Shown here: one piece after another, positions 27,443-36,185 of the stretch
How positions within the stretch are numbered: position 1 is the stretch's first letter
Layout of the letters: every line of letters begins with the position of its first letter
Assembly (NCBI GenBank): GCA_023269235.1
Contig: JAHFTW010000002.1
Span: 119,294-183,293, forward strand
DNA length: 64,000 nt
From: Thermoplasmata archaeon
GTDB taxonomy: Archaea; Thermoplasmatota; E2; JACPAO01; JAHFTW01
Direction of reading: 5' to 3'
The notes under the pieces: model-generated
Databases searched by the model: none
Seen by the model: only the letters and a program-made list of their open reading frames with translations
What the model was told of the DNA's origin: nothing
Made by a program: the position numbers and the translations under genes

Positions 27443-27458
27443 TTTAGGTACGCCAAAC
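27443..27458. promoter_or_regulatory. Putative DtxR/MntR operator upstream of the regulator gene
   Basis: TTTAGGTACGCCAAAC, near TTTnG-N6-CnAAA. Confidence 0.5.
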
Positions 27459-27471
27459 CGGTCGGCTTGGC

Positions 27472-27900
27472 GTGGACGGCGCGGTCTCCGACCAGATGCA
27501 GGAGTACCTGGAGACCATCTATCGTCTCGAGGCGGAGTCCGTCATCGCGCGCACCGGCGAGATCGCGCGCCACCTCAAGGTCGCACCGCCCTCCGTCACC
27601 GACATGATCCAGAAGCTCGAGAAGGCGGGCCTCGTCGAGTATGAGCCGTACAAGGGCGTCGTGCTGACCCCGGCGGGACGCGCCGTCGGCAAGAGGCAGC
27701 TCGAGAAACACCGCATCATGCAGGCGTTCCTGCAGGAGGTGTGCGGCATGGGCCACGACGAGGCGCACGAGGCCGCCTGCGACATGGAGCACACGCTTCC
27801 CGCGCAGCTGGAGCAGTGGTGCGCCGCCTTCCTCGCCAAAAAGATGGGCAAACCCTTCGACACGACGCGCAAGGTCAAGGAACAGATCGTGAGCCGGTAG
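27472..27900 (+). CDS. DtxR/MntR metal-dependent repressor
   Basis: QEYLETIY, VAPPSVTDMIQKL, KHR, AHEAACDMEH. Confidence 0.94.
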   Translation: MDGAVSDQMQEYLETIYRLEAESVIARTGEIARHLKVAPPSVTDMIQKLEKAGLVEYEPYKGVVLTPAGRAVGKRQLEKHRIMQAFLQEVCGMGHDEAHEAACDMEHTLPAQLEQWCAAFLAKKMGKPFDTTRKVKEQIVSR

Positions 27901-27954
27901 TGCCCTAGCTGCACCACCCCCACGTCTTCGTTCGACGCGCCTCGACCGCGTGGA

Positions 27955-28014
27955 TTTCGACTCGTCGAAAATCGTTAATACCCCTCGCCCGTCGCTGATT
28001 TCGAGGCCCCGAAA
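27955..28014. promoter_or_regulatory. FTR1 promoter with two palindromic operators
   Basis: TTTCGACTCGTCGAAA (27955-27970), TATA TTAATA (27975-27980), TTTCGAGGCCCCGAAA (27999-28014). Confidence 0.7.
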
Positions 28015-28877
28015 TGGCGTTCCTGGACACCACCCTCGTCTCCCTGCGCGAATCGCTCGAGGCGTTCTTGCTTGTCGGCATCCTCAGCGGCCTCGTCGTC
28101 AAGCTCGGCCATCCCAAGGCGCGCGCGCCCATCCTGTGGGGCGCCCTCGCCGGCCTGCTTGCCGCGACCTTGCTTGGCATCCTCGCCAACGGCGTGGCCG
28201 CCGAGCTGTACGGCAACAACGCCGCGCTCTTCGAGGGCCTCGCGAGCCTGCTTGCCGTGGGCATCCTGAGCTACATGGTCGTCTGGATGTACAAGCACAC
28301 GCGCACCATGATGGGCACGCTGCACACCAAGGCCAAGGAGGCGCTTGGGGCCGGCCGCCCCGCGCTCCTCTTCGGCCTCGCCTTCGTCGCCGTCGTGCGC
28401 GAGGGCATCGAGACTGTCCTCTTCATCGCCGGCAAACTCCCCGAGGACGGCGCCGGCCCCACCAGCCTCGCGGTCCTCGTCGGCGTCGCCCTCTCCGCGC
28501 TCCTCGCCTTCGCGCTCTTCGCCGGCGTCGTGAAGCTGAACGTCCAGGGCTTCTTCGCGGTCACGGGCGCCCTCCTCGTCGTCGTCGGCGCCGGCCTCAT
28601 GATCACCGTCGTCCACGAGCTCTCCGAGCCCAAGGACGAGGGCGGACCCGGATGGTTCCCAGAGACCCCCGTCGCCTTCGACCTCTCCGGCTCCCTGCCC
28701 ACCGAGTGCGCTGCGACCACGGGCGCGGCTTGCACCACCGGCGGCATCCTGCATGCGGCCTTCGGCTACCGCGCCGACTTGCGCTGGGCCGAGCTCGCCG
28801 CGTGGGCCGCCTACCTCGGGGCCTTCGGCGTCGGCTACGGCCTCTCCCGCCGCGCCCCGGCCTCTCCCGCCGCCTGA
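28014..28877 (+). CDS. FTR1/EfeU iron permease
   Basis: Two RExxE motifs (RESLE, REGIE). Confidence 0.93.
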   Translation: MAFLDTTLVSLRESLEAFLLVGILSGLVVKLGHPKARAPILWGALAGLLAATLLGILANGVAAELYGNNAALFEGLASLLAVGILSYMVVWMYKHTRTMMGTLHTKAKEALGAGRPALLFGLAFVAVVREGIETVLFIAGKLPEDGAGPTSLAVLVGVALSALLAFALFAGVVKLNVQGFFAVTGALLVVVGAGLMITVVHELSEPKDEGGPGWFPETPVAFDLSGSLPTECAATTGAACTTGGILHAAFGYRADLRWAELAAWAAYLGAFGVGYGLSRRAPASPAA

Positions 28878-28912
28878 GCCGGGTTTAAGTAGCGGAAAGG
28901 GTCACGACGAAT

Positions 28913-28976
28913 TGCTCCCGAAGCCCCACATGGTGAACTGAGCCCGCCGCGAGGCAGGCTCGGAATACCGGGAGCA
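28913..28976 (+). promoter_or_regulatory. Structured 5' leader of rps6e
   Basis: TGCTCCCG/CGGGAGCA outer stem, inner stem with GCGA loop; TATA TTTAAGTA at 28884-28891. Confidence 0.55.
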
Positions 28977-28988
28977 GAGTTGACACCC

Positions 28989-29393
28989 ATGGCGAACTTC
29001 AAACTGGTCATCAACGACCCCAGCACCGGCAAGTCCTACAACTTCGAGGTCACCGGCCACCACGCGCAGAGCTTCCTCAGCAAGAAGATCGGCGACCAGA
29101 TCGACGGCATCAACGCGAACCTGCCCGGCTACAAGCTGCAGATCACGGGCGGCTCCGACAAGGCCGGCTTCCCGATGCGCGCCGACTTCGAGGGCTCCGC
29201 CCGCCGCCGCCTGCTCCTCACCGAGGGCACCGGCTACCACCCGAAGGACTACCCCGGCAAGCGCAAGCGCGTCTCTGTGCGCGGCAACCGCGTCAGCAAC
29301 GACATCCTCCAAGTCAACCTCAAGGTCGCCAAGGCCGGCTCGAAGCCCGTCGGCGACCACTTCTCCGCCCTGCCCGCGCAGGACAAGAAGTAA
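28989..29393 (+). CDS. rps6e: 30S ribosomal protein S6e
   Basis: FKLVINDP, KIGD, ITGGSDKAGFPMR, SVRGN. Confidence 0.97.
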   Translation: MANFKLVINDPSTGKSYNFEVTGHHAQSFLSKKIGDQIDGINANLPGYKLQITGGSDKAGFPMRADFEGSARRRLLLTEGTGYHPKDYPGKRKRVSVRGNRVSNDILQVNLKVAKAGSKPVGDHFSALPAQDKK

Positions 29394-29435
29394 GACGAGG
29401 GAAACCTCCATCACGCCCCTGGACTCTAAAGGCGC

Positions 29436-30275
29436 GTGAGCGGTTCAGCCCTTGCCCTGTTCGTCCTGATGGTGGCCGTCGGCCTAGCGGGCTGCGCCTC
29501 CAACCATAGCCTGCCGTCCGCGACCCACTCGTCCACGACGTCGGTCCCAACCCCGGGCGTTCAACCGGTAAGCGTCATGGGTCCCGTGCTTGGGCCATCG
29601 TTCGAGCTCAGCGATTGCCGCAACCGGGGCGGCTCCTTCAGCGTCCCACGCAGCAACCTCGACGGCATCCTGCCCGAAGGCTTCGAGGCAGTCGCTTCCA
29701 CCGATCCGACGGCCCCACCGGACAGCGTCGTCGTGTACGCCATCGCGGTGTCGTGCGCCGCGTTCCGCGTGAACGGCACCGAGGGAAAGGCCGTCGAATT
29801 GGCGTACGCAGAGGTCGCGGTGACGCCGTCGACGAAGGAGTCGGTGCCTGGCATCACGGACTGCACGATGCCGCTCTTCTTCGTCGCGACCGACGAGGCC
29901 CTTGGCGCCGCCCTGCACGCGCACGGTCTTGGATTGGCCGGGACCGGGACCCTTGGAACGACGGCCATCGAGACTTCCCCAGGGGCCCGCACGGACTCCT
30001 ACACCCTCGGCGACGGGTCGTTGCAGTTCATCTTCGGAGAAACCACGCCGGACACGCTGGGCGTGACGGGCGGGGACTTCATGCTCTACGGAGTCCAAGG
30101 CGGCCACGTGGTGTCGCGCTTGCAGGGGACCTCCGAGGGCGGAACGGCCCACTACGCTTCCGCGATGGTCCAGTCGACTGGAGTGCCCGGCCTCACGGGG
30201 TTCCGGGATGCCGCCCTTGGGTTCGGCGCCTCTGGCTTCTCCCTTCACTTCCGACCCCTCGCGCCCGCGCCCTGA
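29436..30275 (+). CDS. Hypothetical lipoprotein
   Basis: Lipobox LAGC, S/T/P linker; resembles 2181..3041. Confidence 0.75.
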   Translation: MSGSALALFVLMVAVGLAGCASNHSLPSATHSSTTSVPTPGVQPVSVMGPVLGPSFELSDCRNRGGSFSVPRSNLDGILPEGFEAVASTDPTAPPDSVVVYAIAVSCAAFRVNGTEGKAVELAYAEVAVTPSTKESVPGITDCTMPLFFVATDEALGAALHAHGLGLAGTGTLGTTAIETSPGARTDSYTLGDGSLQFIFGETTPDTLGVTGGDFMLYGVQGGHVVSRLQGTSEGGTAHYASAMVQSTGVPGLTGFRDAALGFGASGFSLHFRPLAPAP

Positions 30276-30300
30276 AATCCCCGCCCGCCCTGCCGGCACC

Positions 30301-30705
30301 ATGGCCCTGCCGCCCGCCGCCGAGGTCATCCAGGCGACTCTTGCCCCCGCGTTTCTCATCTCGGGCACGAGCGTGTTCCTGAACTTCAGCCAGCAGCGCC
30401 TGTTCCGCGTCGTGGACCGGGCCCGCGCCATCGCCAAAACGGAGGGGCACGACCCCGAGGACCTGCGCCGGCAGCAGAAACGGGCCCGCATCCTGCGCAA
30501 CGGCATCGCGTTCGGCGTCCTCACCGTGGCGTTCACCGTCGCGACGGCCATCCTCGTCATGGCGAGCGAGCTCCTCGTCATCGAACGCTTCGCGAGCTGG
30601 GCGCCCTACTGCTTCGCGCTCGCGCTGCTCTCGCTCTTCGCGGCGCTCGTCTTCATCTTCGCGGACACCGTCATCTCTGTGGCCTCCGTCGAGCAGGCGC
30701 GCTAA
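30301..30705 (+). CDS. DUF2721-like membrane protein
   Basis: IQATLAPAFLISG, RLFRVVDRAR, RARIL. Confidence 0.75.
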   Translation: MALPPAAEVIQATLAPAFLISGTSVFLNFSQQRLFRVVDRARAIAKTEGHDPEDLRRQQKRARILRNGIAFGVLTVAFTVATAILVMASELLVIERFASWAPYCFALALLSLFAALVFIFADTVISVASVEQAR

Positions 30706-30753
30706 GCGCCCGGTGGCCGCAAACCCCATGTGCCAGGGCCCTTGCTTCGGTGC

Positions 30754-32184
30754 GTGCGCGTCACGGCCTTCGCCCTGCTGAGCCTCGTCCTGTTCGTCGC
30801 CGGTTGCGCCTTGCCCGCGACCACCACGACGGGAACGTCCTCCCTCCCGGTTGCCGCGCCGCCGCGCTTCGCCGACGCCGTGGGGATGCCCGACGTTGGC
30901 GGCGGCGAGCCAAACCTCGCCATCCTCCCCGACGGGACGCTGTTCGTCACTTCCCCCGCCGGCGCCGCGCAGAAGCCGAACGTGCGCGAGGGCTCCGCGT
31001 TCCTGTGGCGCTCCAGCGACGGCGGGAAGACCTGGCAGACCCTGCGCAGCCCCGACGTCGTCCCGACTCCGGTCGAGGGCCAGCGCGTCCCCGGCGCCTT
31101 CTGCTCCTGCGACGCCGACGTCACCACCAGCAGCGACGGCTGGGTGTACTACGCCGACTGGTGGATCGCCGGCCTCGTCGGCCCCGGCAACTACATCGTC
31201 GAGGCCTCGCACGACAAGGGCGCGACCTGGACCTCCGCCTCCGTGACCATCCCGGAGAACCTTGTCGCCTCCGTGGACCGCGAATGGCTTGTCGCCGGCT
31301 CCGACGGCTTCCTCGGCCTGTTCTACTCCTTCTTCGGCCCCACGGCGGTCGGAGGCCTTCCCGTCCCCGCCTTCGGGCTGGACCGCCCCGGGCAGGCCAT
31401 CGAGGCCGTGTTCAGCCACGACCATGGCGCAACCTGGAGCAATCCCACCGCGGTCGTCGCCGCGAACGGCGACAGCCTGCAGATCGGCCATCCGTTCATG
31501 GCGCCCAACGGCACGCTGATGATGGCGTACGGCCGCGTCCACTCCCCGCCCTCCGGGACGTTCTGGTACGACCCCTCCGAGGTGGACCTCGCCTACTCCA
31601 CGGACAAGGGAACGACATGGAAGAGCATGAAGCTCGCCGACGTCCCGCTTGGGTTCGACAACCTGTGGGCCGTGCAGGGCGCCGTGGACGCGAGCACCGG
31701 CCAGTCCACCGTCGTCTGGGCGGGCCGTCTCGACGATGTCGCCGACGGCAAGGCGGGCAAGGAGTCCCGCATGGGCCTCTGGGTCAAGCAGTTCGGCCCG
31801 CAAGGCGACTTCGACCCCGTCCTGGTGCGCGGCGACGGACAGAATTTCCTTCCGTGGGCGACGGCGCGCGACGGCCGCGCCGCGGTTGGTTGGTACGGCG
31901 GCGACGCCCGGGGCCACATGATGGAGGCGCCCGCCGGCGCAAACTGGTTCGCCTACGCCGCGGTGGCGGAGGACGGCCACTTCACGAACCGCACCGCCTC
32001 CGTGCCCGTCGTCGAGGAGCCGGTCAAGGTCGGCCCCATCTGCCCGAAGGGGTCCGCCTGCAACGGGAACCGCGAACTCTTGGACTACGTCAGCCTCGTC
32101 CTCGACGGGGCGGGCAAGGTGCACTACGCCTACACCCGCTCGGAGCAGGGCAACCCGCACGTCGCCGTCGTCGGCCAAGAATGA
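30754..32184 (+). CDS. BNR/Asp-box (sialidase-fold) lipoprotein
   Basis: Lipobox VAGC; Asp boxes SSDGGKTW, SHDKGATW, SHDHGATW, STDKGTTW. Confidence 0.85.
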   Translation: MRVTAFALLSLVLFVAGCALPATTTTGTSSLPVAAPPRFADAVGMPDVGGGEPNLAILPDGTLFVTSPAGAAQKPNVREGSAFLWRSSDGGKTWQTLRSPDVVPTPVEGQRVPGAFCSCDADVTTSSDGWVYYADWWIAGLVGPGNYIVEASHDKGATWTSASVTIPENLVASVDREWLVAGSDGFLGLFYSFFGPTAVGGLPVPAFGLDRPGQAIEAVFSHDHGATWSNPTAVVAANGDSLQIGHPFMAPNGTLMMAYGRVHSPPSGTFWYDPSEVDLAYSTDKGTTWKSMKLADVPLGFDNLWAVQGAVDASTGQSTVVWAGRLDDVADGKAGKESRMGLWVKQFGPQGDFDPVLVRGDGQNFLPWATARDGRAAVGWYGGDARGHMMEAPAGANWFAYAAVAEDGHFTNRTASVPVVEEPVKVGPICPKGSACNGNRELLDYVSLVLDGAGKVHYAYTRSEQGNPHVAVVGQE

Positions 32185-32191
32185 TCGCGCG

Positions 32192-32656
32192 CTAGCCGAG
32201 CTCGGCGACGACTTCCACTTCGAAGGGGACGTTGAGCGGCAGGCCCGGGGCGCCGACGGCGCTGCGGGCGTGCATCGTCCCGAAGGCGAGCATGAAGAGC
32301 TCCGAGGCGCCGTTGGCGACCAGGTGCATGTCGGTGAAGCCGGGCGCGCTCGCCACGAAGTTCATCGTGCGCAGGATGCGGACCTGGTCGAGCGTCTTGC
32401 CGTTGGCCTCCGCCGCGGCCTTGAGGGCGGCGATGACGTTCAGGGCCGCGACCTCGGCCACTTTCTTGGCCTGCTCGAGGGTGTGGTCTTTGCCGACGAG
32501 GCCGGTGGCGACCGGCTTGCCGTCGCGGCTTGGAATCTGGCCCGCCGTGAAGATGAGCTTGCCGTGCTGCGTCCAGTGGATGTAGGCGGCGGCCGGCTTC
32601 GGGCTGGGCGGCACGGTGTGTCCGGCGGCGGCGAGGCGGGCTTCGACCTGGCTCAT
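32192..32656 (-). CDS. RidA/YjgF family protein
   Basis: PAAAY, TAGQIP, VANGASEL, HARSAVG, LPLNVPFEVE. Confidence 0.92.
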   Translation of the reverse strand: MSQVEARLAAAGHTVPPSPKPAAAYIHWTQHGKLIFTAGQIPSRDGKPVATGLVGKDHTLEQAKKVAEVAALNVIAALKAAAEANGKTLDQVRILRTMNFVASAPGFTDMHLVANGASELFMLAFGTMHARSAVGAPGLPLNVPFEVEVVAELG

Positions 32657-32714
32657 GCCTGCCGCACCCAGACACCCGCTCATGAAGGCACCTGCTGCGA
32701 CGAGGGCTGCAGAC

Positions 32715-33194
32715 CTACTCGTGCAGGCCGAGCCAGCCGAACACGGTCGCCGGAAGCCAGAGCGCCGTGTTGACCCACATGAACGGCGGCACGTCGCCCA
32801 GGCCAAAGTCCGAGCCGGCCGCAACGTAGGCGCGCAGGATAAGAAGCCAGAATGGAAGGACGACGGCGCCGGCGGCCGCGAGAGTCCAAAACGCCCAGGG
32901 CGCTTTCGAGGGGAGGGCGAACCACGCCACGGCGGCGACCAGGAGGCCGCCGGCGACGAGAAGCCCGGCCACGGCGGTGAGCAGGAGGTTGCGCAGGGTG
33001 TGCAGCGCGGGGTCGCGCGCCATCAGGTCCGCCGGTGCGCCCCCAAACGTGGCGTTGTCGGCGCGGGCCGTGAAAAAGAGGCCGCCCGTTCCCAGCTTGG
33101 CGTCCAACGCGAAGGGGGTGAGCGTGCCAATCAGGAACCAGAAGGCGCCGAACAGCACGAAGAGGACGCGGGACAGCGCCAACAGGTTGGCCAT
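32715..33194 (-). CDS. Hypothetical membrane protein
   Basis: Four hydrophobic segments. Confidence 0.65.
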   Translation of the reverse strand: MANLLALSRVLFVLFGAFWFLIGTLTPFALDAKLGTGGLFFTARADNATFGGAPADLMARDPALHTLRNLLLTAVAGLLVAGGLLVAAVAWFALPSKAPWAFWTLAAAGAVVLPFWLLILRAYVAAGSDFGLGDVPPFMWVNTALWLPATVFGWLGLHE

Positions 33195-33204
33195 GCCGCC
33201 ACCG

Positions 33205-33669
33205 TTATCCCGATTTGGACGTCGCTTGGCTGGTCTTGACCGCCCGCACGACCACCCAGGTGACGTAGGCGGTGGCCGCGATGAGCGTCACATGGAAGGC
33301 GTAGTCAATGACGAGCAAGCCATCGAGGTTCATGCCGTTGGTCTTGTGCACCGAGTCGTGCACCCACCAGTTGGCAAGCAACCAAAAGATGCACGCCGAG
33401 AACAGCGCCCCAGAACCGACGCGTGCCTGCGCGCTGCGGCGGCCGAAGGCGAGGTAGCTCACGGCGAGCCCGAACGCCAAGGCTTCGACGATGGCGAGGA
33501 CGATGAACAACGGAATCTGGACGCTCGTCGGCTCGGGGGACGCGTCCGGATTCTTGAACGGCCACGCCGACGTCCAGAGGCCCGCGCCCACCGGGGACCC
33601 GGCGGCGAGGACGAAGGCGGGGAGGGCGGCGACAAGCGTGGTGAGGATGACCTTGGTCTTGGTGTTCAT
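33205..33669 (-). CDS. Hypothetical membrane protein
   Basis: Four TM segments, WWVHDSVH and YAFH histidines. Confidence 0.65.
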   Translation of the reverse strand: MNTKTKVILTTLVAALPAFVLAAGSPVGAGLWTSAWPFKNPDASPEPTSVQIPLFIVLAIVEALAFGLAVSYLAFGRRSAQARVGSGALFSACIFWLLANWWVHDSVHKTNGMNLDGLLVIDYAFHVTLIAATAYVTWVVVRAVKTSQATSKSG

Positions 33670-33767
33670 GCGGAACTCCAGCCCAGAACGCAACTCCCCG
33701 GGTTTGAGGGTGCCGGCGCCACCGGGGGCGGCTAAGGCGTTTTCAACCCCCCTCCCGTCGCGAGCGC

Positions 33768-34532
33768 ATGGTGAAGATTGCGGTCCTCGTCAAGATGGCG
33801 CCCGACGTGACGCAGCTCAAGATCGACCCCACGACGCTCGCGCCCCGCATGGAGGGCCTGCCATGGAAGGTCAGCGACTTCGACAAGAACGCCATCGAGG
33901 CCGCCGTCAAGCTGAAGGAGAAGGGCCAGGCCACCAAGATCACGGCCTACACGTTCAACGGCGGCCCCAACGCCCTCAACCTCATCAAGGAGCCCCTCGC
34001 GATGGGCTGCGACGAAGCGGTCGTGCTCACCGGCCCCGACACGGACGGCTCCGGCATCGCGCGTGTCCTCGCCGAGGCCATCAAGAAGGACGGCGCGGAC
34101 CTTGTCTTCGCGGGCGAGATGAGCATTGACCGCATCGCCGGTGAGGTCGGCCCCCGCGTCGCGGCCCTGCTCGGGATGCCAAGCCTCGTCAACACCCAAG
34201 AGGTCCTCGGCGTCGAGGGCGGCAAGCTGAAGGCCACACGCGACGGCGAACCCGCCGAGACCGTCGAGGTCGCGCTCCCTTGCGCCGCCACGTTCAACGA
34301 CGAGGCGAACAAACCCCGTCTCCCCGCCCTCATGCAGATTCTTGGCGCCGGCAAGAAGCCCATCCGCCAGGTCAAGACCAGCGACCTTGGCATCGCCGAC
34401 GCAACCCTTGCTCGCAAGATGGCGATGACGGGCAACAAGGCGCCCAAGCAGGAGCGCAAGAACATCCTCTTCACCGGCACGGACGCCGCTGAGCAGCTTG
34501 CCGCGGCCCTCAAGAAGGAGGGCGTTGCATGA
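33768..34532 (+). CDS. etfB: Electron transfer flavoprotein beta subunit
   Basis: VLVKMAPD, FDKNAIEAA, LAMGCDEA, PRLP. Confidence 0.94.
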   Translation: MVKIAVLVKMAPDVTQLKIDPTTLAPRMEGLPWKVSDFDKNAIEAAVKLKEKGQATKITAYTFNGGPNALNLIKEPLAMGCDEAVVLTGPDTDGSGIARVLAEAIKKDGADLVFAGEMSIDRIAGEVGPRVAALLGMPSLVNTQEVLGVEGGKLKATRDGEPAETVEVALPCAATFNDEANKPRLPALMQILGAGKKPIRQVKTSDLGIADATLARKMAMTGNKAPKQERKNILFTGTDAAEQLAAALKKEGVA

Positions 34533-35371
34533 CGACCGTCCTCGTCTATTCGGACGACGCCAAGCTCCAAGCCGAGCTCGCCGGCAAGGCCGCCACCCTT
34601 GGCACCGCACAGGCGTTCGACCCCGCTGGCCTCCCGGACACCGACTCCGCGACGCTCGCCCTCGGCCTTGCCGCAGCCGCCAAATCCTCCGGCGCCGCGC
34701 TCGTGATGGTCGGCGCCACGAAGAAGGGCAAGGACATCGGTCCTCGCCTCGCAGCTCACCTCGACTGGCCGTACGCCTCGGAGGTGCAGTCCATTGTCAA
34801 CGCGGGTGGCTGGACCGTCGAGCGCATGGTGCTCTCCGGCAACTCGAAGGCGACCTACACGATGGGCGCCAACGCCGTGTGCACTGCGACGCCCAAGACC
34901 TTCGAGGCGGGCCAAGCGTCCGGCAAGGCGAGCGCGTCGGGAACCCCTGCCAGCCCGGTCAAGGTCGTCGCCAAGAAGGAGGAAAAGCACAGCAGCTTCG
35001 ACCTCGGCTCCGCCCCCGTCGTCGTCGGCGTCGGCCGCGGCTTCAAGCAGCAAGCGGACCTCAAGCTCGCCGAGGATCTCGCGAAGGCCTTCCCCGGCGG
35101 CGCCGTCGGCTGCAGCCGTCCCATCGCGGCCGACCTGAAGTGGCTCGGCGAAGAGCACTGGATTGGCCTGAGCGGCCACCAGATCAAGCCGAAGGCGTAC
35201 ATCGCGTGCGGCGTGTCGGGCCAGATCCAGCACATCGCCGGCATCCGCGGCTCGAAGCTCATCATCGCCATCAACACGAACAAGGACGCGCCCATTTTCC
35301 AGATCGCGGACTACGGCGTCGTGGGCGACCTGTACCAGGTCATCCCGAAGCTCGTCGCGGCGCTGAAGTAG
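34529..35371 (+). CDS. etfA: Electron transfer flavoprotein alpha subunit
   Basis: VGRG, GCSRP, IGLSG, GVSGQIQHIAG, APIFQIADYGVVGD. Confidence 0.95.
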   Translation: MTTVLVYSDDAKLQAELAGKAATLGTAQAFDPAGLPDTDSATLALGLAAAAKSSGAALVMVGATKKGKDIGPRLAAHLDWPYASEVQSIVNAGGWTVERMVLSGNSKATYTMGANAVCTATPKTFEAGQASGKASASGTPASPVKVVAKKEEKHSSFDLGSAPVVVGVGRGFKQQADLKLAEDLAKAFPGGAVGCSRPIAADLKWLGEEHWIGLSGHQIKPKAYIACGVSGQIQHIAGIRGSKLIIAINTNKDAPIFQIADYGVVGDLYQVIPKLVAALK

Positions 35372-35415
35372 CCCCACGCACAAACGCTAAGTCGCAGGGA
35401 CGGGAGTCCACCCCC

Positions 35416-36153
35416 ATGCGTTCTTGGCTCGTGGCGGCCCTCGTCATCGCGGTCGCGTTGCCTGGCTGCCTCAACGGGGTCTTCAGCGGCGGCGTGGGCC
35501 CGCGAGACTACCTGTCCAGCTCGACGTACCGCAAGCTGGTCGTGGAAATCGACTACGCGACCGGCCACAAGCCCGCGGACGAGCTCCTGAATTTCCTGAA
35601 GGGACGCTTGCAAGGCGTCGTGGACAAGCCCGACGGCGTGGAGTTCCAGGTCGGGGAATCCCTCACGGACGCCGGCCGAACGTGGAGCGATGGAGACCTG
35701 CAGTCGTATGCGGCGGACCACGCCTCGCTCAAGACCGAAGGGACCACGGTCGTGATGCACGTCCTGTTTGTCGCAGGGCATTCCGCGAAAGACGACGGCG
35801 ACTCCAAAGTGCTCGGCATCACGTTCGGGGCCGGCCCGATTGCCATCTTCAGCGAGCAAGTCGACGGCCTGTGCAACAGCGCGCTCATCCCAGGGACCTG
35901 CAGCACCACCCCGTTCTACCACAGCGTCGTCCTGCACGAGATGGGCCACGCGCTCGGCCTGGTCGCCCATGGCATCCCGATGGTCCAGCCGCATGAGGAC
36001 AGCGGCCACTCCGGGCACTCGTCGAACAGCAAGTCCGTCATGTACTGGGCCGTGGACAGCTCGAGCGCGTTCCTCCAGCTCCTGGGCAACAACCCCCCTA
36101 GCGACTTCGACGGCGACGACCGGGCGGACATGCACGCGGCGGGCGGGAAGTAG
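35416..36153 (+). CDS. Zincin metalloprotease-like lipoprotein
   Basis: Lipobox LPGC; HEMGHALGL, SVMY Met-turn. Confidence 0.8.
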   Translation: MRSWLVAALVIAVALPGCLNGVFSGGVGPRDYLSSSTYRKLVVEIDYATGHKPADELLNFLKGRLQGVVDKPDGVEFQVGESLTDAGRTWSDGDLQSYAADHASLKTEGTTVVMHVLFVAGHSAKDDGDSKVLGITFGAGPIAIFSEQVDGLCNSALIPGTCSTTPFYHSVVLHEMGHALGLVAHGIPMVQPHEDSGHSGHSSNSKSVMYWAVDSSSAFLQLLGNNPPSDFDGDDRADMHAAGGK

Positions 36154-36185
36154 GCCCTTAAGCCCTCCAGGGGCCTCGCGCCCTC

